Below are positions 1 to 56,590 of a stretch of DNA of 64,000 nucleotides, one piece after another. Origin of the DNA: Balanoglossus misakiensis (lineage: Eukaryota; Animalia; Hemichordata). The stretch is taken from positions 3,924,093 to 3,988,092 of the forward strand of contig CM082587.2 in assembly GCA_040954595.2 (NCBI GenBank), read 5' to 3'. Position numbers and translations under genes: made by a program. The notes beneath the pieces were generated by a model, which saw nothing but the letters and a program-made list of their open reading frames with translations, was not told where the DNA came from and did not search any database. Each line of letters opens with the position of its first letter. Position 1 is the first letter of the stretch.

Positions 1-23
1 GCAGACATGGTTCGGGTACATAC

Positions 24-42087
<42,064 letters not shown>

Positions 42088-42197
42088 GGCGGCGGCCCGG
42101 GCGCCCGCTGCCCCGGGGGTGGCTGCAAATAAAAGAAATGGGGCGATTTTAAATAAACACCACTTGGTAGGAGAATTCTGGCTGAAAATGTACCTAC

Positions 42198-42256
42198 CTG
42201 TTGTTGTCAACTGACATCGAGGCCCCTTCGCTCATGATTATGCAAATGAGATACAA
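42198..42256 (-). other. Cav2: Probable Cav2 5'UTR exon (59 nt) with two upstream ATGs
   Basis: (CTT)n-cag acceptor, AG|gtaggt donor, 75-nt intron to the next exon. Confidence 0.55.
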
Positions 42257-42519
42257 CTGAAGAAGAAGAAGCGTCAGAGAGAGGAGGAGGCGGCAAGGCA
42301 ATGCGAAGACGTCAAAAGAAATGGTCACACGCCAATGAGAAACAAAAACCCGCACAGAAAATTTGACCAAACGCAACAAAACGCCGTCCAAAATGCTAGC
42401 TTTTGCACATTCCTACTTCCATGCGATAGGTAAATCCATCCATCGCCGGAGAAATAAAGGGCCGTGTGTTTGTCAGTGGCGGTCGAAATCTTGCCATATT
42501 CTTCGAGCGAGATACATGT

Positions 42520-43000
42520 ACAAAGCTTATATGGGCGGCACGTACTTTCCCGATAGTGGTGGTGCTGGTGGTGTTGGGGGTGGTACTCCCGTCGCTGCTG
42601 CTCCCGATCGCATGCCGCCGCCACGGCAGCGCGGGTCGCTGCCTCCCGCTGCTGGCGGGTGGTCCTGGACACAAGTGGCCTCCATCGTGCCCGCATCTTT
42701 TACCGCTCACTCTCTACTGTGCGTCTTCAATCAAAGGAGGTGGGCAGCCATGCTATCGTTCGCTATGGTTCTGTGTGGAATGGGGCTCAGCACGTCGACG
42801 GCCCTGCGTCACTATTTCAGGCGGATGGAAAACTGCATTAAGCACACTGATTTGACCTTTTCGATGTTGAACTCGTGAACTATAGCCCAATTCGCAACAT
42901 CTCCAAGACGTCGAAAGACACGTTAAAGCCGGGCCTGAGACACGATTGGCGGCTAGGAGCAACACCCCCGGTAGCAATGTCGTCAGCATTGCAAATTGAC
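42520..43000 (-). promoter_or_regulatory. GC/CpG-rich putative first exon and promoter region of Cav2
   Basis: Local GC and CpG enrichment, CCAAT on the minus strand near 42945, located just upstream of the UTR exon. Confidence 0.4.
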
Positions 43001-46000
43001 TAAAACGCGACCAGAATGTAATTCGAGTAATTTTCTGAGATTTTAATTTCCGCTGAAGCTAGACCGAAGATTTTTACTGGCATATTGGGGGGAATTTCTC
43101 AGTGCCACAACTGCTGTGGCGTTGGATGTGTTATATTCGATTTCAGTATTAAATCTGGCGTTTTTCTCTTTGTGGAATACTCCCATTAATGCTATACTTA
43201 AGTATCGTGCACAGGGGGAACCCGTCTCCACTCTGTCAAATTTGCCAGGAAATGTCGTCACAGCGCATGCGTTTATATACATTATTTAGTCCTCTCCTGA
43301 ATTTATGGAGTAAGCATGATTACTTAAACATTATGTTGGGAGCTGTCAAGACGCAGATTGATTGAGCTTTGCTGGGGACTATGTACAAAAGTTTCATCTT
43401 AATTAGAGCAACAGTTGGACGCCCAACCGCGGAATAATGGGCAAACACCTGTCCCCATATTGTGCGAGATCTCTCAAGTGAGACAGGCTGAACATCCGGG
43501 TTAGAAATCAAGACTTCTGAACGAGCGTGATTTTCTGTCGCCGACGTCCAATTACAGGGCGCAGATTTTCCGACACAGGAGAGTATTGGACTGATAGCCA
43601 TGCCAACTCTTTGTAAATATTGGTTGGCGTTTCCAGCGGGATACGTGATGAGCCCAGTCTGGGACCGTTTTAAGTAAAAGTCCTTCAAACCCAGTCGTTC
43701 TTTAACTTGTGGCATAGATTTAATGTTTACCGTAAGTCATCTTAATAAAAAGTCTCTTTTTTGAACATGTGAAAATTCTCAGAAAATTCGCCTGTGATTT
43801 AATAATAAACTATTTACACACATAACTGACTAGCCCTAATTATAGACAGGACACAAAAACACAGCGCGCGCATTTCTATTTTTGATGTAAAGTGCGCGAC
43901 CGCAGCGGCGTATTTTACCATAGCAACGCGCCTGACTTGCATGAATTTCAATTCAGCTTAATGACAAATCCTCTGGATCAGATGCTTTGTTTTAATTAGT
44001 TCACATTATTGGCGGGTCAGCATGAATTACTCGTCTGCATACCCTGCAACTATCCCAAGACACCATCATGAATAATAATGACACACCTCATCGCTGACTC
44101 GATTACTAATTGAAAAGAACTGTCGCAATTTTATATAATCCCATAAGTCTTCATTTGCTCTGACTTCAACAAATTTCGCGCTGTCCAATCAGCGCCGAGA
44201 TAGCGTGTAAAGATTTAGAGGTATTGGGCGAAGGAAGAGCCCCCCCCCCTAACGGAATATCGTGACGTCATGCATTGCGGACAATTGTAATTTTAGTGGG
44301 AAGGATCTGCCTAGTCAATTCTGAAGTCTCCGTTAGTTTTTTTGCTCCGGACTGTATCAGATTTTGAAGAAAAAATGCGGGATTCACTGCAGCTCGTACT
44401 GAAGAGATAAATATTAGAAAATGTGCAGATGTGTTAAATCGTAGAATAACTTGTGGTCCGCTGCGTGAATTAAAGTACGATATCCTAACGTTTGTGGCTG
44501 GCTACTTAACTTTTGATGTCATCAGAAGGGTTTTGTCCCTGGTTTTGTTTGTAAGAAGCAGACGATCGGAAACTCATTAGTGATTCCGGTGGTGTCGTCA
44601 TTAACCGTTGCCCTGCATTCCCCGTGTCTACTAGCTTCCGCTTGTATCGTACCTTCTCAGTGGGGACTGACAACTTAATGAAGACATATAATTGAAAGGT
44701 CGAATGTCATAAATTATATCACTAGTAGTGTTTCCCTGCGATATTTTTGAAGAGGAAATAAAAATCATCTCAAACAGACAAAATATGTTTCGGGCAGGCA
44801 GGGGTCTTTCTTAACGATCGCACGGCCACCGTGTTCAAGAGGGTCCACCCTGTACTATCGGGGTTCGGTGCCTGTGCTAATACTAGTATCAGTGTACGTC
44901 TTAGAACACGAGATTGCGACCTTTAACCTCATGGGTGTGGCAGATGCCCCACCTTGGATTTAGCAGAGACACGGCGCATTACATTACAACAGGCAGTCTC
45001 ACAGTTGCTATTGGTACTTCGATGGAACAAATATTCAGTCAGCCCCCTGACAATCATACTCTGTCTGCCTGTTATTCAGGGCCATGTTATTTACAGAACA
45101 AATCAAAGTATGCTCGATATTACCTAATCAAATAATTCGTCCATTTAAATCTCCAGACAATTAGATGAATATGGGATTATGAGCAACAAAATAAGTTACA
45201 GGGAATAAGTAGCAATGGTGGTTTTTAAAGCGAGCGTCGGTGATAAGAATATCATGCCGACGACACAACAAGACGACGGAAAAGTACTGTCGTCGAAATA
45301 TTCTGCTTTCAGGCGACGCATTGTAGGCTGCAGTCGCCGCCGCACACTTTGTGTCGTCATCACCTGTCAAACAGAAGTGTTTGATGCTAGACCGACCATC
45401 GTGTTTAGGGACCAAAAATTGGCTGCAGCAAACAGGCCTGTCTTCATTAAGTTGGGCCAACAAGGAAATAATAGCCGATAATAGCGATGGCGGCGTATTG
45501 TAGCTGGTGCCATAAAGTGGCACTTTATAGTACCGAAAAGGGGTACTTAATATTGCTGCTGACAGGACGACTACATGTCAGGCCAGGCAATTTGAATCAT
45601 AGATGTCCCCCTTAAATTGGACAATCTGTGACCTTAACACCAGAACTTGGATTCCTTGTCAATTCTTAACTCTGTTTCACCTTCATTCATCACCACGGGT
45701 CGGACGACGCAACAGAAGCTTAAAATACCGCCGCTTGCGACATACCACGATTATGCAAACGCACAGGTTTTATGATGTCATCAATTTATGCGCATTTTTC
45801 ATGTATTCGTGACATACGACTGCTGTAGTCGACATCAGTCTGAAAGCTGATAATTACCCCTGGGTGCCATAGAGTTTGTTCTTTAATTCTTTTCCGGTTG
45901 TTTTTCTTGTGAAAGCCTACTGACTATTACACAGATCTTAAAAATAACGTGTAGTTTGAAATACTGTCGTGGTACAGCTAAAGCCCAAGTTCAGAGGAGC

Positions 46001-46227
46001 TAACAATTTGCCGGTTTCTCAGCAAGTTGATCTAACATTAGGCGTGCGAAGCTCATCCATTCTAATTCTGAAATGGGGTCACTCTTTTTCATGGATCTAA
46101 ATGCTGCGACAATTGCAGCATACAAATGGCGAGCGACATGGTCATCATGGATTCTACTCGGTGACCAGTCCAGCCAACATTCCATGGTCACCCGATGGGA
46201 CGTAGCAGCTGTACAGCTGTCGGGCAT

Positions 46228-46230
<3 letters not shown>

Positions 46231-46263
<33 letters not shown>
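46231..46263. repeat. (CT)n microsatellite
   Basis: Directly visible. Confidence 0.95.
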
Positions 46264-46266
<3 letters not shown>

Positions 46267-49200
46267 CCACGAGAGGGCGACATGGCAAGTGTGGCGTGAA
46301 TCAACAGGTGGTTTCTGTTTCGTTTCAAGTTGGCAAGCCTTTGTGGCCTAAAAAGACGCCTAATAAAGTTATGGAATCGCGAATTTGAGAATTTTTCTCC
46401 ATTAGGATGTAGTTGCAAGACGGAAGTTATGAGGAAAGGAGGGGGATATTAGCTCATCACAATATTGAAATCAGCCATCATTGCGTCACTTCTGCATTGG
46501 GTGACATTGGTTAACGAACACTTATCATAACACCCTGGCGACCGACATTTCAATGGACTGTCTGACACCGCGGACATCGAACATAAAACTGATAACGGGA
46601 GCCAGTGGTAAAAGATAACACCGTATCATGTTTTGTACATCGCCTTGATTTCCCGCGGGTGTGTGATCTCTACCGACAAGATATCAAATCCCGCACGTTT
46701 TGTGACTATATTGACTGAAAAAACTCACAAAAAGTTTCATTGTGAAAAATGTTCAATAAAATTATTGTGTATATCTCAGTGAACAGCTGCGATTAGCGAA
46801 AGAGACGTTTATCGTTGTGTCGGTAGGGCGTTCATTTTTGTGTACGACTATTTCGTATGTAAATTCATTTATATGGTCTATTATAGCGTTTACTCTGTTA
46901 AAGAGCTCCTTCTGTCCAGCCAGACTGAATTTAAAAAAAATCGTATTTATATATGTTACCCACTTAACAAGTCGAGATCCGTGTCATAACTACAATAAAA
47001 AGTACCCGGATGTGTTGCTATGCCTGATACGTTTATAGCAGAAGCGCTGGCAGGATCACTATCTCGTCGCTAGGGCGCGGTATGAGCTTCGCAACAAAAA
47101 GCGTCACAGCTATGATAGATGCTATGGCTTTCACTCGCTGTGTTTGGCCCAGCGGGAAGGTGGCCTTGATTAATAATTTGTTGTCGCCGATCGTTTCGAA
47201 ATAAATGACGGAAATCCTAATAAACCCAGTCATGTACATTTGCTGCAGTACAATGTGCCGATGGGCGTGCCAACTCGACTCAGGTTAATGTACATGTAAA
47301 CGAAAGCTAAAGTGGCATTTCCTCTTTGTGTAAACCTCAGTTTGGGTTCCCAAGTCATAGCTCATAGCGGGCCCTCATACAAGTATTCGCAAATTGCACC
47401 GGGGGAGGGGCACAGTGTGTTCAAATCATTTTTCACAACGGAAGGGCTGAGTAGTGAAAAGTGCAATTATTATGTAATTAGTTGATTGATTAATTAATCT
47501 CTAACACGACGACCATTACAGTAACTATAAACACACTCAAGAGATCAAGGTCACCAGTCAAGGTCAAAGATGGCAGTACATTCTGATTCAAATGTAAGAA
47601 ATCACAGTGTTGAGGACATAGCTGCAGATATATCATCTTATAATAAAGTTTAATTAATCACTTAATTAGAAGACTGTAGAAACACAACAAATTCAAAAGT
47701 TAGAACACTACCACAGTTCGCACAGTGTTTGTACAAGAACAACATATTAATTTGAAGCTGGCTATCGTCGTTGTATAAGAACCAATCTATTTAATAGCAC
47801 AGATCTAACATAAATGAAATATACATCTAGTTTAAAGGAATTAATCATGAATTTTGACAGATTCACGTGACAAACGACGGTGCTATTATCTAAATGTATC
47901 GGACGATAACCAATTTGTCAACTTTAACTTTGCGGCTGTTTAAAAACACACACAAATGACAAAATAGTACAGTCATATAAAATAAAATCATATAAAGAAT
48001 GGCAAAACTGCATTTCCCTTTCATTTTACACAACTCTAACAACGACGAAAAGGTTTCATGGACAAGTCAAATTATTTCAGTAAATAGGAACCGTTGCAAA
48101 CGATTTTATCTATTATCAGCATTGGAATTTGTCTACCCCGTCACCCGTGACGTGTACATTTCTCTTGAATTGCCATGGTACCGCATTACGCCCCTTCTCG
48201 TATTATGAATTACACAATAAAAAACGGAGAAAAATGTCTACTCCAATAGTTGCGTTTTTGTGCCACTGACCTCATATTCGTGGCTCTCGAACCAGTTCAC
48301 AAAATTGCACATAAAATGTTTTAAAGAACGGGTATTTTCAGATCCGGTTATATTTCGCGGTTATTTTAATGGAATAATTAGCTTTTGCACTATAAATTTG
48401 GATCGTTTTTATTGATAAATCGGACAAGTCGCAAATTTTAAATCCGAAACACGTCAGCTGGCAGCGCATGACGTCACAAAATCGTTCGAATACCACCAGT
48501 TGACGGCGACATGATTTTGTATCCTACCAAACCTAGATGTATGCGCAAAACAAATAAACATTTTCCGGTATCTCTTTTAAATAGTTGTATTTTGAACCAG
48601 AAACCACAAACTAGTCAGATGATATTCAGGGACTACAATCTTTTAGATGGATTTTTAACTGATCGAAACCACACTTATACCAGCGCAGACAAGTTTTCCT
48701 CCAGCTGGTAGAAATGGCGAGACCACTGCGTTTCTTTCTCACCTGACTGTCGGTATCTGCTTCCCCGTGGACGGTATCGCCTGGGGTTTTTGACGTACAG
48801 ATCAAACGGTGTCTTATCGGTGTCCATGGCGGGAAAGTCGATGCTTGTTACAACTCTACACAGTAGACACACCGCCGTGTACATGTTGCCGCCAATATGG
48901 CCGAGCTATCACTGCCGTCGTTGCGTATTGGGAGAGCGGACCCAGGGATATAAAAATTATACCCAACAGGATTTATTTCTGCAAACGGCTATGAGCGACA
49001 GCTTGCAATGGAGTTGAAAGCCATTGTATGCACGCCAACTTCCAACAATATCGCTACATTTTCTGTTTGCACAGTTCAATTACCACCAATAGGCGGTAAT
49101 TGTACGCATAATGCAGCTTTTTATTTATATTCTTTGTATAAAACGACGCGAGTATTTTGCTAAGCAACGGTCATATTGACTTTCAGAATGCACCCAGCGA

Positions 49201-50152
49201 AGACGATTCAGAATTTAAAATATGCAGAAATTTTAAATTAATATCTGCCAACGAAAATTGCCAATTTTTTCCAAATTCAAAACGTCATGTAAATTGAGCT
49301 GGGTCGTTCGAAGATTTGGTACAGAGATTCCAACCCTTGCGGCAATTTTGAACTGCAATTAAGATCCATTTGGTGTGGTTCCGGTAGCGTGTGTCACGAT
49401 CTCATTGGATTCTACGGCATCAGTGCAAATAATACACTCTCGTTTGAGGGCGCTCGCGTTTTAAATTGGAGGAAATTATTACCAGGTGTTGGGTTTTGCA
49501 GAAACGAAAGCATAGTGTTCTCTCTCCGAACAGGGACTAATATGTATTACAATAATCTCTCAATAAAAAACGAGACTCCCCCCCCCCTCCCCCCCACACA
49601 CAAACAATGTTTAGTTTTCCAACTGAATTTCACCAAGGGACGGTAACGTTTTATGCTTTCTGTGATTTTTGTAACTTGTCAAGCAGCTCTAGTGGTGTTT
49701 AAAATTTAAAAAATGACGTAACAAGATTCACACATCTGTTTTTGATGACCTTGAAGCCTAGCACAGGGACAGGTTTGCGAGGTCAAACAAATCGGCTTTA
49801 TTTGCCAGACGGCCAAACGTCAGACAATGGTATTTTCGCACGCTGTGTTACTCTAAGCTGTCTATTAAAATTATATTATGTTGTCTATTATATTACATGG
49901 TGTTTTTTATATTCACGTTATCAATCAAAGATGTACATTTATTTAATCTCACACTTGCTACCGTCCTTGCTACCTTGCTATGATACGGTATGGTAAACCT
50001 GACGACCTCGCGACCAAAATACCAAGGTGCCATAAAATACCAAATACAAATTGTCCCAAAGTTATATATGCAAAGGATCCACCACTAAAACGTCATTAAT
50101 TTTCAATAGGTGGGACCAGCAGAATTGACATAGTTATGCTCATATGGGCGAT

Positions 50153-50194
50153 CAGTGTATGATACGCGGGCATCTTTCCGCGTATCATACGCTG
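50153..50194. repeat. 17-bp inverted repeat (1 mismatch), 8-nt loop
   Basis: CAGTGTATGATACGCGG ... CCGCGTATCATACGCTG. Confidence 0.85.
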
Positions 50195-53100
50195 CACGAG
50201 CTACCAGACGGGGGTCATATAAATTAACATCCAATATATCAGTTTGTATTTATAGCTCACACTGCAAGTAATTTAAAGAGAGTGTGCATGGGCGAATTAA
50301 TATGACAAAAATAGAGCCGATTACAAAGGCACATGTAGTACATTGTATGGAACTGCCCGGGTTTCTGGGGCTGCAGATTTGTCAACCACAACAATTGTTG
50401 TTACACACATATACTGGCTATGTTGACAACCGGATTACGGGTTAAGTATTAGCATGCCTTTTGGAGTAGAGTAACAAATTGCATTTAATACACGGAACAA
50501 AAATACTGGAACTAAAGCCAAAAGTTACAGCTAATGCCCCTTTAACGTGTTTTACAAAGTGATAAAAAATCTCACAACAGATGAATAATAATAAAAGTTG
50601 CCGTTGATTGATTTTGTCACGGCTGCACCTACGTCGTGTGCGTGGAATATGAAACAAATAACTCCAACATTTCACGAACCACCCTGAACTATTAATCACG
50701 GTTGTTTTCAATTTGATAGTACATGACGTCACAATACACCGAGATCAGTTAACATTAATAACAGTTCATATTAAAAACAATAATAAAAGACATCGTGTAT
50801 CCGATTCAACTGATGAGGCGAAGCTACAGGGGTGATCATTTCACCACAACGACGTGTGCAAATTCACTTCCTGGAAACATTTCTCGGTAGAGTGAATCGA
50901 CGTCGTTTGCATAACAATTATCATACGCGCGATTGCCATGTTAGCGCTGAAGTGGGAATGGGGGTACTCGTTGTTAAGTATTGTCCCTTCCATGTCAAAT
51001 TCCATTATCGTGGATAAAGATACAGTATACACCGAGTTTCTTGTGCAGAACGGTGTTGTATGCGGGTTTTAAACTAAAATTAAATTTTGTTTAAATTTAA
51101 GCACGAGTACAGTGGTGGTAAAAACCAGATGTTTGTGTCCCATTTCGGGTTTCATTTAGGTAGTCTCCACCCCAATTTGGTGGGTGATATTTCACAGAAC
51201 AGATGCTCGCGCTGTTGGGAATACATCTTCACTCTTAAAATGGTTGTCGCTATCCGACTGGACAAAACGATCTGAATTTGAATTGAAGGCCATGCACAAC
51301 AAGTCACAACCAGAACATTATTCACGCCAGAGCAAATGTTATATGCGCAGATATGCGATAAATTTTGGATTTGTCCGGACACGTACGCCTGCCTTAAATC
51401 ATATGATGATTATTAATCGCTCGATTGTATTCTATCCCCGGGTGGATGAAATTCCTCGTTGAACCCGTATGGACCACGTATGGACACAACAGTAACAAGG
51501 GCCTAAACTCGGCGGAATGTTAGCGACGACAGCCCACTTATTTTTTTAAATCATCAGTCGAACGTGACCCACGCCCTTTGTTGTGCGAGTCATTTATCAT
51601 CTGAAATTTGCAATTAATACAATTTACTGTCGATCATATAGACTTCGCCGTGGGTTACAGCAGTCACTTTTCGCTAACCATTGTACAGCATGTAAATTTC
51701 TGTTATTGTCAATATTAATGAAGTTCAAATGCAAATTATACGATAATATTACCCCCGAATGACAATGGTGAAGTACACCTAACAGCCTTTGATGTGTTGT
51801 CATTATACCAGTATGTACCATATGAAACGAAAGTCTCATTCTAACAAGTGGTCACTGCTTACAAAACTGCTCATTTCCATTACAAAGAGTTATTCGCTGT
51901 CGCGTGTTATTGAGTCGTCTTGGCCTAATTCTTGGTGTAATATGTGCTGACACTCGCGCCCAAATGGTTTTAAGGGCCGAAGAAACTGTGGAACGACCAA
52001 CAGGCAGGGTGGACAACTGTCAAATTTCAGAATTGTCGCTTAAATTCGAACGCATGGAAGTGACCTCTGTACAGGACCTTTCTGAATGGAGAGAGTCGAC
52101 ATAGAAAGTGTACCGTGACCACGTAAATCTATTCAAATTCACGGTGTCAATATGGGTTCCCCCCGTGACGTTACGCAGAAGGGTTAACCATGGTCCATAT
52201 GTCTGAATTAACCTTGCCGATAAGTCCATAGAACCGGACCCGGAAAGGTTGATAGTCTGGGACACGTATGAAGTCCGTGGTCTTTCCTCCGCGTTCTTAC
52301 GACCAATGAATACGCAAACACAATACATAGGCCTACATACATGAAAGTACATATATGATATATGTATATATAGGCCGCGACTTCTGTCAATTAATGACAA
52401 CAGAAGTAAATTCTCGTACGCGGCCAGGAAAATGTACTTTTATCGAAAAAGAATAACCAAAGTCCCGAACAGATAGACACACACACAAATATACAAACAG
52501 GAACGTTTGGTGTGTGGTCGCCTTCACGTTAATACCATACGGGTATTCAGTCTGGTACGTGTGCAAGGCGAGAAAATGACCGTGTCTGGCCCAGATATTA
52601 AAAGTTAACACCGGCCCGACTATGTTCTTTTATGAGAAAGGAAAATTGTAACTTACTCATGTTGGTGTCGAAACTGGACTAAATATCCGTAAGGGCGAGG
52701 TGGAGTTGTCGACTTGCTTTCCCGGCTACATGGATAACACCGACCCGTACATTTGGTAGCATGACACGGTGTCTCTCTACTGTGGCCCTTCTATTATTAT
52801 GCATGTGAATGAGCCAATTTGAATAACACAGGGAACACTCTCTCCTCGGAGTTGATAGGCGACTCTGCAGCGCGTCCCTCAGTGGTCGCTCAGTCTGGTG
52901 TCGGACCGCGCAAGTTGACGAGTGCACTCGCGGCCAATTTACATGCTAGTGGCAACGCACAACGCGAAAGATGATTGATTAGTCCCATACCACTGTCGCC
53001 ATGGTGACATCCGCATCGGTGTAATATTTAACTTTTTTTTCTGGACTACTCTTTTTGCTATCGCGGTATCCACGATTCTCGGAGAAGACCACTGCCCTAT

Positions 53101-54946
53101 GGATATCTGAGCGTTTGATGCACGCAAAGCAGATTGGCAAAGTGTCGGCCGCGGCGATTATTCTATCCGCACAAGCGAGCAATTAAACAAATTGATAACA
53201 GCTATTTATAAATACTTGCAATGTGCATTATGAGGATTAAGAATTGACATCAATGGGGTGCGCATACGTCACTGCCAATGTTTTGTTTTTGTTAAGCATG
53301 GTGATTCGACCTCTGGAGTAAGAATATCACGTACGTACGTTTTATCCCATACCCCAACACGACCAATTGCGCGTGTCCCAGCGGATGGTCACAGGTACAC
53401 ACGCACTGGCCTTGTTGTTTTTTGTTGTTGTTTTATTACACGCAACATGTATTTACCCATTTCCCCTGTCTGTGTGCACAGCTTGTCGGGCTGTCCCGTC
53501 ACCGTTATAAACAAACTAAATGACGGTTTCAGCCCCCGATAATGAATCACTCGCTCCAGAACCCACCAGGGAAATCTATCGATCTGCACCAACCATCAAT
53601 TCCCCTTGCGCGGAAAGTTATGAATATGGCAGAGAAGGGTCCATATTTCAATTATTCATGCCTTTGATTAACCACAGTGTGTGTACAACAGGTGGGTTCA
53701 ATACGGCACATCTGCGGGAGATGAATGATAGCCAAGACCAAACACATCCCTCGTCACGCATGCTGCAATTTAGCAAACACATCGCATTTAAAGGGACAGA
53801 GTCGCCGACTTTTGACATATCATGTTTGTTATTTTATTTTCATTTGAGGGGCTACTGATGTTGTTCTACCCACAAACAGTGAAATGACTCGTTCGAACAG
53901 CTCCGCTATTTAAAAGCCCAATACACGGGTATAACACGAGAACGCGTCTAATATGCAATTTTTGGTACTGACCAAAAGTGACCTATACGTGTATGGGTTG
54001 TTAATTGAGCCATGACAACCATTCCCTACACATTGTATTTCCGTCAGGGAGTAAACAGTCTTTCTGTTGCCAGCTTCAACTATCTGACAACCCTCTCACA
54101 CCAATGTCACACCAGTTGCACTTTCCTTTAATGACATCAAGTTAAATTAATGTTTGTTATTCGAAGACACATAAATAGAAATGGAAACGATGAAATAAAA
54201 ATTGGCCCCGACCTACTGACTCTATAAATATTCTTTTCCTACGTTGTAACAACACTGACCCTATTTCATTTGGCCTTGGTTCTGGTACCAAAAAAACGTA
54301 CTGGTATATTTTTAGAGTCGATCGGCAATCTCGCCATCTGGCTAATTGTATACGAGCAGCTTGTCACGAGTGCGCCCTCGACATCCATTTTCAGCATTCA
54401 GTTCTATGAAGCAGCTGGAAACAACCTGTACCCGAATTTTGTCGATTAAGGCAAATTTTCACATTTTTGAAGATTGTGATTTGTCTTGTATGTTCATTTT
54501 TTACATTTACACAAGATATTATTCATCTTCTCCTGCTTTACTGATATGCCAAATCATTAGTTGCCAAGACTCCTCATATCATATGGCCAAACATATGCCA
54601 CCCTTCAGTGACCTAATTTAACTATGGGGTCATGGATACTGTACTGCTCATTAATATAGTTTGCATAAATGAATACTATTCCACCTTACATCTTGCATGT
54701 CTACCTCTTGATCTTTAATCAGAGTACACTGACAATCAAGTCATCAGAGAAGTTACATAGCTATGAATCTAAGTCAAGAACGAAAGTGTTTCATAAGGTA
54801 GCTTTGGTTGTACATTGCTATGTCACTGCTCTGCACAGAGATAGAGTTGATATGACCACGGACGTTAGAAGTTGACCACACACAAGCAAGTGTTATTGTC
54901 ACTTGGAAGTGTACCCTCACTGATTGTCTATTCCCACTTTTGTTTG

Positions 54947-56371
54947 CTAATCCCCGACGCAAAACTTCCAGCATTTGGCAAATGTGACTTCTCGATTATC
55001 GTAGCGCTGTGGGATATCATGAAAAATCACTCTCTTCCTGTGCACCGGGTCATAGCTGTGGAAGGCAGATATGAAACTGTGAGTTGTTTCAGCGGAATTA
55101 GTGTTAGCGTGATGGGACACTTCGGGTATGATCAGCTGGCTGTTCAAATCACACATGGAAGCTGCCAGCGTATTCCTTTTATTACCGGATGCTGTCGCCG
55201 GCAAGACGTCCCGGAATACAACGCCACGCTTCCCTGTCTCTGTGTCGTAGGAAAATATCTGGCCGTCCGTCTGACTTGGCCAGAACTCCAGTGAGAGTAT
55301 GTAGAGGTAGGGACCGACTGCTGACAGCGTCACAGAGTCAAGGAGTTGCTTCGGTCTTTCATCAACCACAGTCTGCCATTCATCGCAACGGGGGTCGTAT
55401 GCGAGCAGAAAAGGACGTGCACCACTTGTCGTGTACATTTTGCCATTTGCAGCAGTGACACTGACACATGCGTAGTCCTTCATCGGGGCCTGGATTGATT
55501 TCCACTCACCGGTTACAATATTATATTCTGATATCCCGGACAATTTCAACGTTTTTGGTTGAAACTGCAAAAAATACAAGCAGTCTTCAATCTGGATGAT
55601 GTTTTTGCTGAGGACTGTTGCATCAGTCGGCTTGTCTTCATCACCGACTGGACTAGAGACCCTGCTCGCGTTACCATAGTGATCAAGCAACCACAAGCCC
55701 GCATTGCCATCCACTGCAAGAGCACCAATGCCATTGGACAGAAACTGCAGAATTGTATACTGCCCTCTATCGAACTTCCAGTATGCACTGTCATGTCCGC
55801 TGTTTAACATCTGCCCAACACGGGGGTCAAAGTACTGCAATGAATCTGTCCCAACTTCTGACCTGTCTGTTTTGTATTCCGGAAGAGCGACCAGAACTTC
55901 GCTGTACTTCCGTGGCTTGATCCCAGTTTCCCGTACGTGCGCCAGTTTCCCCGGGAATGACAGTTTCCTGTACAGGTCTTCTTTTGCCACGAGTGCGTCC
56001 AATTCCGGGTATTCCTGTCTGATGTAGGCCGAGTACTGGTCCTTTGACGTCCTCTGAGTGTACGGATATCGTACCAGACTCAACAGCTCGGTCAGGTGCA
56101 AGTTGCGCCGACCCCGGTCAAACCCCACCCATTTCATCACTCCCTCCACCACTTCAAGTTCACTGGTCACTCTCAGATTGTCCGAGGCAATCAAATCAAT
56201 GACCGCATCCTTGCTGATTCTTTTGAAGTCACTGCTCTTCACATACTGTTGAAAATCTTCAATGTTTGCGTTAGGCGCAGATGAAAGCCCTCGTACATTA
56301 ATTTGGGTCACAAACACTTTTCTTCTTGACACACAGCGTGTTGAAATAACTCTACCGAGTTGCCGCATCAT
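54947..56371 (-). CDS. Intronless BACK (C-terminal part) plus Kelch-like beta-propeller protein, no BTB domain, 474 aa
   Basis: Uninterrupted ORF; BACK-like FKRISKDAVIDLIASDNLRVTSELEVVEGVMKWV...LLSLVRYP; Kelch-like EYNIVTGEWKSI, ANGKMYTTSG, YDPRCDEW. Confidence 0.85.
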   Translation of the reverse strand: MMRQLGRVISTRCVSRRKVFVTQINVRGLSSAPNANIEDFQQYVKSSDFKRISKDAVIDLIASDNLRVTSELEVVEGVMKWVGFDRGRRNLHLTELLSLVRYPYTQRTSKDQYSAYIRQEYPELDALVAKEDLYRKLSFPGKLAHVRETGIKPRKYSEVLVALPEYKTDRSEVGTDSLQYFDPRVGQMLNSGHDSAYWKFDRGQYTILQFLSNGIGALAVDGNAGLWLLDHYGNASRVSSPVGDEDKPTDATVLSKNIIQIEDCLYFLQFQPKTLKLSGISEYNIVTGEWKSIQAPMKDYACVSVTAANGKMYTTSGARPFLLAYDPRCDEWQTVVDERPKQLLDSVTLSAVGPYLYILSLEFWPSQTDGQIFSYDTETGKRGVVFRDVLPATASGNKRNTLAASMCDLNSQLIIPEVSHHANTNSAETTHSFISAFHSYDPVHRKRVIFHDIPQRYDNREVTFAKCWKFCVGD

Positions 56372-56590
56372 GTTGCTAAATTGAATTGTCCTTGTGTTCT
56401 TCAGAATCTACAGTCCCCCGGCCCGGCCGAGGGTGTCTTGAACGAGAGCGAATGCGTTAAACTTAGAAACCTACCTAGTTTCAACACCAAAATTCATGAT
56501 TTCACGAGCATGGAGCATTAAACTTCACTTCGTTTCCGGTATTGCTCCGGGATCGATGACCTTGTTCGACTCAGAGAATAGAACAACTAA

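Noticed and set aside
42325-42878. Cluster of overlapping ORFs on both strands
   Set aside because: Explained by high GC content in the putative 5'UTR and promoter; no recognisable domain
54872-56284. Plus-strand ORFs overlapping the Kelch-like gene
   Set aside because: Antisense shadows of a real coding sequence
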